This document shows, piece by piece, positions 24,029 to 31,037 of a DNA stretch of 31,357 bases. The stretch is from a virus. Taxonomy: Duplodnaviria > Heunggongvirae > Uroviricota > Caudoviricetes. The position numbers and the translations under genes were made by a program. Location: IMG/VR virus record IMGVR_UViG_3300032046_004423, positions 1 through 31,357 of that record; one strand, given 5' to 3'. The first letter of the stretch is position 1. The number at the start of each line of letters is the position of its first letter. Under the pieces are notes generated by a model. It was not told the origin of the DNA. It searched no databases and was given only the letters and a program-made list of their open reading frames with translations.

Positions 24029-24466
24029 TCAGCTTTCATCTCCCAAAAACCAACTGGCATCAGGGTCTTTCTTTACCTTCTCAAACCAGTTAGTAAACTT
24101 TACCTTATCCTCCTCCTGTTCTGCTTCATACTTAGCAAGTTCAGGAGTATCCTTAGCAGTTGCGACTGGAATATTCTTAAAGTAGTTCATGGTCTTTCTT
24201 CTATTGAACCAGAGAGAATCCCAGAATATCCATCTTATCTTCCAGTATAAACTGCTAAACCAAATCCTTAGTCTATCCTTGACAATTAACCTAATTGGAG
24301 GAAAATGAGCAACCATCCTTTCTGTTGTCTTGGAGTAAGCAAAATGAGGGCAATGCCCATTCTCTAAACATAGATGGGAAGGGCAATTCCTTCCGCATGG
24401 ATAGTTGCCATTATCATCGGTACATCCGAAGCAGAAAGCTTCCATACATAAATTAGTCCAACTCAT
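24029..24466 (-). CDS. Cys-rich hypothetical protein, 145 aa
   Basis: N-terminal CMEAFCFGC...CGRNCPSHLC...HCPH. Confidence 0.7.
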   Translation of the reverse strand: MSWTNLCMEAFCFGCTDDNGNYPCGRNCPSHLCLENGHCPHFAYSKTTERMVAHFPPIRLIVKDRLRIWFSSLYWKIRWIFWDSLWFNRRKTMNYFKNIPVATAKDTPELAKYEAEQEEDKVKFTNWFEKVKKDPDASWFLGDES

Positions 24467-24486
24467 TATCTTCCCTTATTATAGTA

Positions 24487-24696
24487 CTATTGGGTGACTA
24501 CTTCCATTTCGTCCTCAAATATATATGCCTCATAGTCCTTAAACTTGACTACCCAACTCCTAGGCCATTCCCCTCTTGCTCTTTTGTGAAGTTGTGTAAT
24601 CACACCTTCCTCACCTTTAGAAAGAGGTCTACCTCCAGCTACTAGACCCCACCCAGGTAGGTCTTCAGTAAGTCTTATTGTATCACCTATTTTCAT
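24487..24696 (-). CDS. SH3/KOW-like small beta-barrel protein, 69 aa
   Basis: MKIGDTIRL...KGEEGVI...WVVKF...EDEMEVV pattern. Confidence 0.6.
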   Translation of the reverse strand: MKIGDTIRLTEDLPGWGLVAGGRPLSKGEEGVITQLHKRARGEWPRSWVVKFKDYEAYIFEDEMEVVTQ

Positions 24697-24999
24697 CTAG
24701 TCCTTTTTCTCCCTTTCTTCCCTTAGTAGGAGCTCGTTTTGATATACGAGTGCAATGTTAGAAAGAGCAGTAGTAGCTGAACTTCGTCCTACCACTTGGA
24801 TTCCTTCTGTCTCGGCCAGCCACAGATACTCATTTACTTTCTCGTATAACTGCTCCTCGGTTAAATTTCTAATATCTGGGTAGACTATCTTCTCTTGACT
24901 ATTAGTAGGGGTACAGCTTATAGTTCCAAATACCCCGCATAGTATTATGGCTATTAGTAGGGCAGAACCTACGAGTACTGCTTTCTTTATTCCATTCAT
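24697..24999 (-). CDS. Putative lipoprotein or exported protein, 100 aa
   Basis: Basic N-terminus, hydrophobic core, GTISC lipobox-like site. Confidence 0.55.
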   Translation of the reverse strand: MNGIKKAVLVGSALLIAIILCGVFGTISCTPTNSQEKIVYPDIRNLTEEQLYEKVNEYLWLAETEGIQVVGRSSATTALSNIALVYQNELLLREEREKKD

Positions 25000-25273
25000 C
25001 TACTCTTACTTCAACTGCTTTTACCTTCTTGAAGTTTGCCTTGAGCATCTTCCTAATTGTTTGTTGGCAACAAGCTGTTTCCCACATCCTTGCTGGTAAA
25101 CTCTGGTCAGTATCAAGAAATACACACCTGTTAGCTATAACTAACATAATTTGGCTAAGTAAGGACTCAAGAAATGGTGGGTAATTCACTAAGGCTGTAA
25201 ACTCAGCATCTCGGCAGTTATGTTTAGCCACATCCTCAATAGCAACTTTCAGTTCCTCATATTCTTTGCTCAC
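24902..25273 (-). CDS. Hypothetical protein, YEELKVAIE...IANRCVF family
   Basis: AAGGAG SD; long overlap with the next gene suggests the C-terminal tail may be run-on. Confidence 0.65.
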   Translation of the reverse strand: MSKEYEELKVAIEDVAKHNCRDAEFTALVNYPPFLESLLSQIMLVIANRCVFLDTDQSLPARMWETACCQQTIRKMLKANFKKVKAVEVRVDEWNKESSTRRFCPTNSHNTMRGIWNYKLYPY

Positions 25274-25290
25274 TATTCATACTCCTTTCC

Positions 25291-25722
25291 CTATTTTTTA
25301 TATTCTTTTAGCACTTTAACAGCTAGGAAACATACTGTTCCCAAAGGGGAATTAAATGAGACTCCTCTTCTAAAGTGGGGATGGAAGTAGGAGAAATCTA
25401 TCCTACCCGGTTTAATACCCTTTCCTATTCCCTCAACAAGTAATATTCTATACTCCCAGTGTGAACCAAATCCTAATGCATCCTCAAGTACCTCAAAGCA
25501 GAAGAGCCCAAGACTCCCTCTTACAGACCTAGTTACTTTTCCTATCCTATATATCCTAGCTGGAACTTCGTCTTCCCCACACCTTGCTAGAGTTAGCCTA
25601 TTTCCATTTATACAGGATGTAAAGGCTCCTTCCTTTCCTGAAGTCCTAACTACTTTGTATACCTTCTTGCTCATTTTAGTTTCTAATACCTTCTGGTAAG
25701 TATAGCATCTTCTCTTTACCAA
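25291..25722 (-). CDS. Basic hypothetical protein (start may be MSKKVYKVV)
   Basis: ORF track. Confidence 0.65.
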   Translation of the reverse strand: MVKRRCYTYQKVLETKMSKKVYKVVRTSGKEGAFTSCINGNRLTLARCGEDEVPARIYRIGKVTRSVRGSLGLFCFEVLEDALGFGSHWEYRILLVEGIGKGIKPGRIDFSYFHPHFRRGVSFNSPLGTVCFLAVKVLKEYKK

Positions 25723-26173
25723 TTATCCTATCCCAGGCAAACCATATTCTTATAGGACCTTGGCATAGTATCCCATCTATTGAGTTTATACAAAGTTGAA
25801 GGATAAAGCCCTTCTTTCCTCGACCATAGTATGGTTCATGCCTAAGATAAGGGTGGGAACCAATTACAGTTATTATTCTATGGCGGGATAGTTTATATTC
25901 AAAGATTATAGGAGTCAATATGCTTCCATACTTTTCCTTCATCCAATACCAAAGGGCTTCCCTCATACCTTCAGTAAAGGAATTCATTGCTTTACCTACT
26001 CCTCCCCTTCTTCTAGTTTCAGCTGAGTCAAGGATGGAGGCAGCGAGGGAAGGTTCGCCAGTCCTTCTATATTGCTCTAGTAGTTCCCTATCCGCCCTTA
26101 GGCACCGGGACGGCATTATACCTCGCCATCTACCATTTACAACTTGAAGTTGGGTTGGGTATCTTCCACTCAT
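25676..26173 (-). CDS. Hypothetical protein, possibly two fused genes (internal GGAGG SD before MNSFTEG)
   Basis: ORF track; internal SD and ATG. Confidence 0.55.
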   Translation of the reverse strand: MSGRYPTQLQVVNGRWRGIMPSRCLRADRELLEQYRRTGEPSLAASILDSAETRRRGGVGKAMNSFTEGMREALWYWMKEKYGSILTPIIFEYKLSRHRIITVIGSHPYLRHEPYYGRGKKGFILQLCINSIDGILCQGPIRIWFAWDRIIGKEKMLYLPEGIRN

Positions 26174-26691
26174 TTAATTGGGTGCTCCTCCAATTTCCAT
26201 TGGGGCTCCTCCAATATCCAATCTACCCCATCCCAAATCTTCCCATATAACTCCCTCATAACAAATGCGAGCCATAACTGTTCTAATGATACTTGACCTC
26301 CGTAAGACCAATCTAATCCTGAGCAATCATTGAGTACCCAGTCTTGGAAGTCATCTAGTATGACTACTATAATATTGGAACTTTCCTGCTCATCTTGGGA
26401 TAGTGATTTAAGATATATCTCCTGCAACTGGCTCTGTGTCGGTAGCCAAGTATAATCTACTGGTACACTGAACTCAACTAGTTGCCCCTTATAAGGATAT
26501 TGACTTATTCTTTCACTAGAACAGAATAAGATATCCCTCTCAATTTTACATACTAACCATTGCCCGAAGCTAATTCCATCCCTCTTATAAAACCAGTCTC
26601 CCACTTTTGGAGCCCAAAGGGCCTGTATCTCCTTTGCCTTCCCGAACATCTTTATGGTTTCACTATCTGTTATCATTTCCTTACTCCTCAA
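26170..26691 (-). CDS. Conserved phage hypothetical protein (WLPTQSQLQE...EQLWLAFVM...YGKIW), 173 aa
   Basis: Motif recalled from phage hypothetical proteins. Confidence 0.75.
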   Translation of the reverse strand: MRSKEMITDSETIKMFGKAKEIQALWAPKVGDWFYKRDGISFGQWLVCKIERDILFCSSERISQYPYKGQLVEFSVPVDYTWLPTQSQLQEIYLKSLSQDEQESSNIIVVILDDFQDWVLNDCSGLDWSYGGQVSLEQLWLAFVMRELYGKIWDGVDWILEEPQWKLEEHPIK

Positions 26692-26712
26692 CTACCCTAC
26701 CATCTGGGTATA

Positions 26713-27429
26713 TTAAGTAGATAGTCTTCCTGCTAGGTTTTTCAGCTCTTCAACAGAAGTAAGGCCCTTGCCCCGCATAACTTGTCCATTGTGTAGCCTG
26801 AGGATTCTTTCTTTCTCCTCTGCTTCCTTTTTGAGGGCACCGTTCAATTCTGAAATCGTCTCCTTGTAAACTCTCTCGTTTGCGTTCAAGGTTCCTACCT
26901 GGGAAGTAAGTCTATCATACTCTTTTATAGCCTCAACAACTCTAGTAAGTAAAGCGTCGGCTATACTTCCCGAGGTTACTTCTATTCTCGAAGCCTTCTT
27001 TAATGAGGACCTTACTGGTGTCTGGTCCCTTATACTCCTACGCCAACCGAAGACTGTGGTACGAGCTATTCCATACTGGTGTGCGAACTTTTCACAGCTA
27101 ATTTTGTGATTTTTCTCATACTCATCACTAAAGAATCTTCGTATCGGTACTAGTTCATTTTCGCTTAGCCTTCTTTTTTTACCTTCCTTAGTCCCGGGCG
27201 AAGACTCTCCCTGGCTTTCCCCTAGGACTGGAATATTAGCTTTGTCAGGTTTATCTATCAGTCTCTGCAAAGCTGGAACACCGATATGGTAGTGCTTCAT
27301 CGTAGCAATCCTACCATGAGCTTTATAGTATTCCACAATCTCAACTTTATTCTCGGAAATCCACTTACTACGGGCTGCGTAACTTAAAAAACCCCGTTTT
27401 TTTAGTCTCTCAAGTGGTGATTCTGCCAT
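26713..27429 (-). CDS. HTH DNA-binding protein with a C-terminal coiled coil, 238 aa
   Basis: AAGGAGG SD; SCEKFAHQYGIARTTVFGW is a classic HTH; a possible second HTH (RIATMKHYHIGVPALQRLI). Confidence 0.65.
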   Translation of the reverse strand: MAESPLERLKKRGFLSYAARSKWISENKVEIVEYYKAHGRIATMKHYHIGVPALQRLIDKPDKANIPVLGESQGESSPGTKEGKKRRLSENELVPIRRFFSDEYEKNHKISCEKFAHQYGIARTTVFGWRRSIRDQTPVRSSLKKASRIEVTSGSIADALLTRVVEAIKEYDRLTSQVGTLNANERVYKETISELNGALKKEAEEKERILRLHNGQVMRGKGLTSVEELKNLAGRLST

Positions 27430-27457
27430 CTTGTACCTCCTTACTAATTTTATTTAG

Positions 27458-27577
27458 TTACTCAGGTTTACTATTCTTTGCTGTGGTTTCTCTTAGGCAC
27501 CCTTCGCACAGCTTGAGTCCTAGTTTCCACTTCAACACCTTTTCAACCTTGCTTTTACACCTACTACAAGTTCTCAT
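27458..27577 (-). CDS. Zn-finger peptide, 39 aa (CSRC...CEGC)
   Basis: Translated by hand; AAGGAGG SD. Confidence 0.7.
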   Translation of the reverse strand: MRTCSRCKSKVEKVLKWKLGLKLCEGCLRETTAKNSKPE

Positions 27578-27604
27578 AATAGCTACCTCCTTTTCTCTTT
27601 TATT

Positions 27605-28190
27605 ACTCCTACTGGTTCGGGAACTCGGAGTGAGGGCTGGAGGCTGGGATTATTATTTGGTTCCTCCACTAAGTAAGTTCTACCTTACCTTCTATCACCC
27701 TCACTTCTTACCTTGACCAGGCTCGTACCTATTTTTATGCCTGAGCCTACCGCAGTAGCGGGACTCTGACCCCATCCAAATGTATGAGGCTGTAACTGGA
27801 CTTAGCCCAAACTTATCAGCCTGCTAGTGCAGTGTTCACTTTCTGACCACCTGTCTCTACGACCATTAGGGGTGTTGGTAGTGAACATACTCGTTTGGTA
27901 CTCCAAATGCCCCTTGCTTCTCTCTCGTGTACTAGCAGACTTATGCCAGCCCAAGGACTTCCACCTTGGGACGGGGAGCTTAGTAGCGAGGACTACTCGC
28001 AGACTTTTACTGCGTCAATTTATCGCCCTGTGTCCTAGGTTGTCGTTTTTATACAGGTTCGCCTCGCTCTGATGGCTCAAAGGCTTAGTGGTAAGCTCCA
28101 CTCGGATGACAACCACATCTTGCTCTCCCTAACCAATTTCCCAGCGTCTTTAATGAGAATTTCGCCACTGGCAATCTTATTCAGTTGTTA
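27605..28190 (-). ncRNA. Candidate large structured ncRNA (about 590 nt), family unassigned
   Basis: No sense-strand ORF of 60 aa or more in a gene-dense operon; about 48% GC by hand count versus about 39% in flanks; more than 10 helices of 5-10 bp, including crossing pairs; ends approximate. Confidence 0.65.
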
Positions 28191-28195
28191 ATGTA

Positions 28196-28408
28196 CTAAC
28201 TTTTTCTAGCTTTAACTAGTCCATTTCTTACTAGCTGGTAAGGTTGAAGATTTTGAGGATGCCTTCTGAGGAATTCTGTTGCACCATCCATCATAGCACT
28301 ATTGTAACCGGATGACTCAACCTCAATTTCTTCTCGTATATTAAGGTAGTGAATATGAACAATATACTTACTCAGGTTTTTTATTTCCTTTCTTATCTTT
28401 AACCTCAA
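28196..28408 (-). CDS. Hypothetical protein, 58-70 aa (start uncertain)
   Basis: ORF track; the core YIVHI...IEVESSGYNSA resembles 29127. Confidence 0.55.
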   Translation of the reverse strand: MRLKIRKEIKNLSKYIVHIHYLNIREEIEVESSGYNSAMMDGATEFLRRHPQNLQPYQLVRNGLVKARKS

Positions 28409-28499
28409 CTAACCAAGTCGGAAAATGTTTCCTTGCTGAATTGGCTATCTCCTCAGCATCCTCATCCTTCACTGTTACCTTCATAGTAATCGTCTTCAC
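28368..28499 (-). CDS. Small protein, 43 aa (MKTITMKVTVKDEDAEEIA...)
   Basis: Translated by hand; GGAGGAGG SD; GTGA overlap. Confidence 0.6.
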   Translation of the reverse strand: MKTITMKVTVKDEDAEEIANSARKHFPTWLVEVKDKKGNKKPE

Positions 28500-28603
28500 T
28501 TACCCTCCTCCTTCTCTTCTTTTGACTTAAGGGCTTCTTCTAGTAACTGCCTTTTAAACTTCTTGATTTTATGGTGCTTTTTATACTGTTCCAAACTAGC
28601 CAA
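28496..28603 (-). CDS. Small basic protein, 35 aa (MASLEQYKKHHKIKKFKRQLLEEALK...)
   Basis: Translated by hand; AAGGAGG SD and TTG start; first SD-supported gene after the leftward promoter. Confidence 0.55.
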   Translation of the reverse strand: MASLEQYKKHHKIKKFKRQLLEEALKSKEEKEEGK

Positions 28604-28671
28604 TTTACTTGCCCTCCTTTGCACTTACACTTGAGTTGGTCATCTTTCCGACTCAATTTTAATCATACCAT

Positions 28672-28700
28672 ATCATAACACACTTTCATATAACTGTCAA
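28672..28700 (-). promoter_or_regulatory. Main leftward sigma70-type promoter
   Basis: TTGACA-17 nt-TATGAT with extended TG; a second TG-n-TATGAT 10 nt downstream; part of the repeated 34-bp module. Confidence 0.85.
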
Positions 28701-28763
28701 GCTCAACTTCAAATGGATTTTTATAAAATAATTTGTATTGCTATGTTTAGATTGATAAAACAC

Positions 28764-28792
28764 TTGAACATACTCATATGGGAAATTATAAT
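28764..28792 (+). promoter_or_regulatory. Rightward sigma70-type promoter
   Basis: TTGAAC-17 nt-TATAAT. Confidence 0.7.
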
Positions 28793-28799
28793 ATGATTA

Positions 28800-28829
28800 T
28801 AGACATTGGTTATTAGAATATGATAAACT
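28800..28829 (+). promoter_or_regulatory. Possible second rightward promoter
   Basis: TAGACA-18 nt-TAAACT with extended TG. Confidence 0.45.
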
Positions 28830-28898
28830 ATGAGTATGATTTGACATAGCTATAGGGAAATTAAAGTAGTAGATAATCAGTCAATAAGGAGGATTAAG

Positions 28899-29123
28899 AT
28901 GGATTATATGGAAGTCAAACAGATATTTAGGGAGGAGTTGCATCGCTGGCTTGAGCACACGCTAGAAGGAAAGAAATGCCCAGAGTGTGGTACTATTACT
29001 ACAATGGTTAAGGTATTTGTTGAGCCACCTGAGGGTGCACCTGAGTTAGCCCCAACTGTACTAAAGTGGAGATGCCTCAACTGTTTGGGACTATTCACCG
29101 AGGAACTAACTAGGAGTAAGTAA
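28899..29123 (+). CDS. Zn-ribbon protein (CPEC...CLNC), 74 aa
   Basis: AAGGAGG SD; first rightward gene. Confidence 0.75.
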   Translation: MDYMEVKQIFREELHRWLEHTLEGKKCPECGTITTMVKVFVEPPEGAPELAPTVLKWRCLNCLGLFTEELTRSK

Positions 29124-29126
29124 AGA

Positions 29127-29483
29127 ATGCTTAGGGAAGTAACACTTAGGTATGGTGAGTATGATAAAACATACCCTATAGAAGCGGATAGTTACTATGC
29201 TGCAAAGATGGAGGCCCTTGGAAAGTTCCTTGAGGAATTTAAGATACCTGGGAAGCCTTTCGAGTACCTAACTAGGAAGAAAGGGCTTATTGAGATTACA
29301 GCGAGGTCTTCAGTTGATAGGAGAACCTTTTCTCGTGAGGGCCCACAACCACAGTTTTATACTGAACAGGTTGAGAGACTAAGGAAGTGGATTAGAGAGG
29401 GAGACCTTCCCGAAACTACAAAGGTTAAAGCAACAAAGTTATTACTACGGTTGGGGGAAGTACTAGGCGGGCAAGCTCTATGA
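29127..29483 (+). CDS. Hypothetical protein, 118 aa
   Basis: ORF track; tight packing. Confidence 0.7.
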   Translation: MLREVTLRYGEYDKTYPIEADSYYAAKMEALGKFLEEFKIPGKPFEYLTRKKGLIEITARSSVDRRTFSREGPQPQFYTEQVERLRKWIREGDLPETTKVKATKLLLRLGEVLGGQAL

Positions 29484-29716
29484 TAATAGTACTTTCTGTT
29501 ATAATCAGTCTACTTATTTTTGCTAGTATATACTTTTCTATTAAACATACTTTTGAGTATGGGGAACCTTTTGTATCACTAAGGAGAGAAGCCGAGAAAA
29601 TTAGGTCTGAGTTTCACGAGGTAACTCAGTCTAGTGGATGGACCAAGGAGGAAACCCTAAAGGTCATAGAAGAGTTCAATAAGATGGCTAAAACTTTGGG
29701 AATAGAAAAGTTCTAG
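29480..29716 (+). CDS. Single-TM membrane protein, 78 aa
   Basis: N-terminal hydrophobic helix; ATGA overlap. Confidence 0.65.
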   Translation: MIIVLSVIISLLIFASIYFSIKHTFEYGEPFVSLRREAEKIRSEFHEVTQSSGWTKEETLKVIEEFNKMAKTLGIEKF

Positions 29717-29729
29717 TTGAGGAGCATAG

Positions 29730-30461
29730 ATGGGTAAAGAGTTAGTACCTATACCTGGGGATGAGCAGTATACTGAGTTACAGAAGATTAGTATAGAGAA
29801 GTATGAGGCTGCACTTAAAAATCTTATAACTGGAAAAACACCTAGGGATGTAGTTTACCAAAGGCCAGCTAGGGGTGGAATGCAGGTAGATTATGTTCCC
29901 GGTTGGTGGTTTGTTGAGCAGGCTAATGCATTGTTTCACCACTTGTGGGACCACGATGTATTAGAGGTTAATATAGGTCAAGAACAGGTTTGGACCAAAA
30001 ACAGGGTTACTATAAAGATACCTGGTAGCTCAGTTATAGAGAGATTCCACGATGGTAGAACAATAGAGACAAGGTATGACCCTATTGAGGTTTCCAAAAC
30101 TCAGTTTGGTGGTTCTGACATTAAAAGGTATACTGAAAAGTCTGATAAGGCTGGGAAGGTAATTGATATTGGTGATGATTTAAAGTCTTCCGCTACAGAT
30201 GGGATGAAGAAGTGCTTCGCAGAGTTCGGCTTTGCAGCTGATATCTATGGCAAGAGAGAGGTTATGGAACAGGCTGGTCCTCAAAAGTCTCAACTGGGTG
30301 CTCTCTATAAAATCGGACAGTCAAAAGGAATGGATAAAGGCCAAGTAGATGACATCTGTATGAAGAAGTATGGTAAGCTACCAAATGAGATTGAGACAGT
30401 TTTAGTTTTAGGCTTAATACAAGAGCTAAGGACTACAGTTAAACCTCCAGTTACTAGGTAG
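29730..30461 (+). CDS. Rad52/Rad22-family (Sak-like) single-strand annealing recombinase, 243 aa
   Basis: RPARGGMQVDYV...ANALF...W...FGG...IGDDLKSSATDGMKKCFAEFGFAADIYG signature. Confidence 0.85.
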   Translation: MGKELVPIPGDEQYTELQKISIEKYEAALKNLITGKTPRDVVYQRPARGGMQVDYVPGWWFVEQANALFHHLWDHDVLEVNIGQEQVWTKNRVTIKIPGSSVIERFHDGRTIETRYDPIEVSKTQFGGSDIKRYTEKSDKAGKVIDIGDDLKSSATDGMKKCFAEFGFAADIYGKREVMEQAGPQKSQLGALYKIGQSKGMDKGQVDDICMKKYGKLPNEIETVLVLGLIQELRTTVKPPVTR

Positions 30462-30469
30462 ATACTGGT

Positions 30470-30991
30470 TTGAACTGGATAAAAGAGCACTGGAAAGATT
30501 TATTTCTTACCTGTCTCAGTATAATACTTATTTATTCTCTTATCAACTCAGTAGGTCTCTCAATTAGGGCTAATAAGTACGAGAATCTTTACTACGAAAC
30601 CTACAGGGAGTTAGTACTAGCCCAAAGAAATCTTGAGCTTAGAAGCTTTGAAGACTACGGTACAATGGAGGAGTGGGTTCATAGTTGGGTAGAGAGTAAA
30701 ATGTATAGTCTTACTGGTATCTGGAGTTCCTTTAGTAATCTACTTAATAAACTTATTACTGGTAGGTACCTTTGGGACTGTACCGATATAGCGGAGGAAA
30801 TGGTAATAGATGCAAGACAGGATGGTTATCTTGTATCGGAGTGTCTAGTAGGTAAGGGTGGACTAGTATATGGTGTTAAAGTTAGTAATTTCGAGTACCA
30901 TATGGGGTGTTTAACCTATTTGGATGGTTACTACTGGTATATTGAACCCCAAACTGGTTCTATAGTAAGAATTGTTAACAGGCTGAGCTAA
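30470..30991 (+). CDS. Membrane-anchored transglutaminase/papain-like protein, 173 aa
   Basis: N-terminal TM, coiled coil, then WDCTDIA...HMGC...YIEPQTG (Cys-His-acid triad pattern). Confidence 0.65.
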   Translation: MNWIKEHWKDLFLTCLSIILIYSLINSVGLSIRANKYENLYYETYRELVLAQRNLELRSFEDYGTMEEWVHSWVESKMYSLTGIWSSFSNLLNKLITGRYLWDCTDIAEEMVIDARQDGYLVSECLVGKGGLVYGVKVSNFEYHMGCLTYLDGYYWYIEPQTGSIVRIVNRLS

Positions 30992-31037
30992 CTGAGGCTA
31001 ATCCCTAGGAAACTAGGAAGTATAATAAGGAGGGCTT

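Noticed and set aside
25676-26173. Possible fusion of two genes by frameshift
   Set aside because: The internal SD and ATG are real, but the single ORF is intact and nothing distinguishes a natural fusion from an error
1448-28072. Plus-strand ORFs in the ORF track across the leftward region (e.g. 1448..1651, 4157..4495, 7890..8141, 23549..23920, 27414..27716, 27827..28072)
   Set aside because: Ser/Leu/Phe-rich shadows of purine-rich minus-strand genes; no SD and no motifs
27605-28190. tmRNA, RNase P RNA, group I or group II intron, HEARO/omegaRNA
   Set aside because: AAC GAC AAC resembles a tag start, but there is no resume GCN, no ALAA ending and no tRNA-like ends; no GAGGAAAGUCC/P4; no matching P7 pair or domain V; no interrupted gene and no adjacent IscB/TnpB
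30995-31030. CCTAG-GAAA-CTAGG hairpin as a terminator, and TATAAT at 31021 as a promoter
   Set aside because: Only a 5-bp stem with no U tract; no recognisable -35 or extended TG
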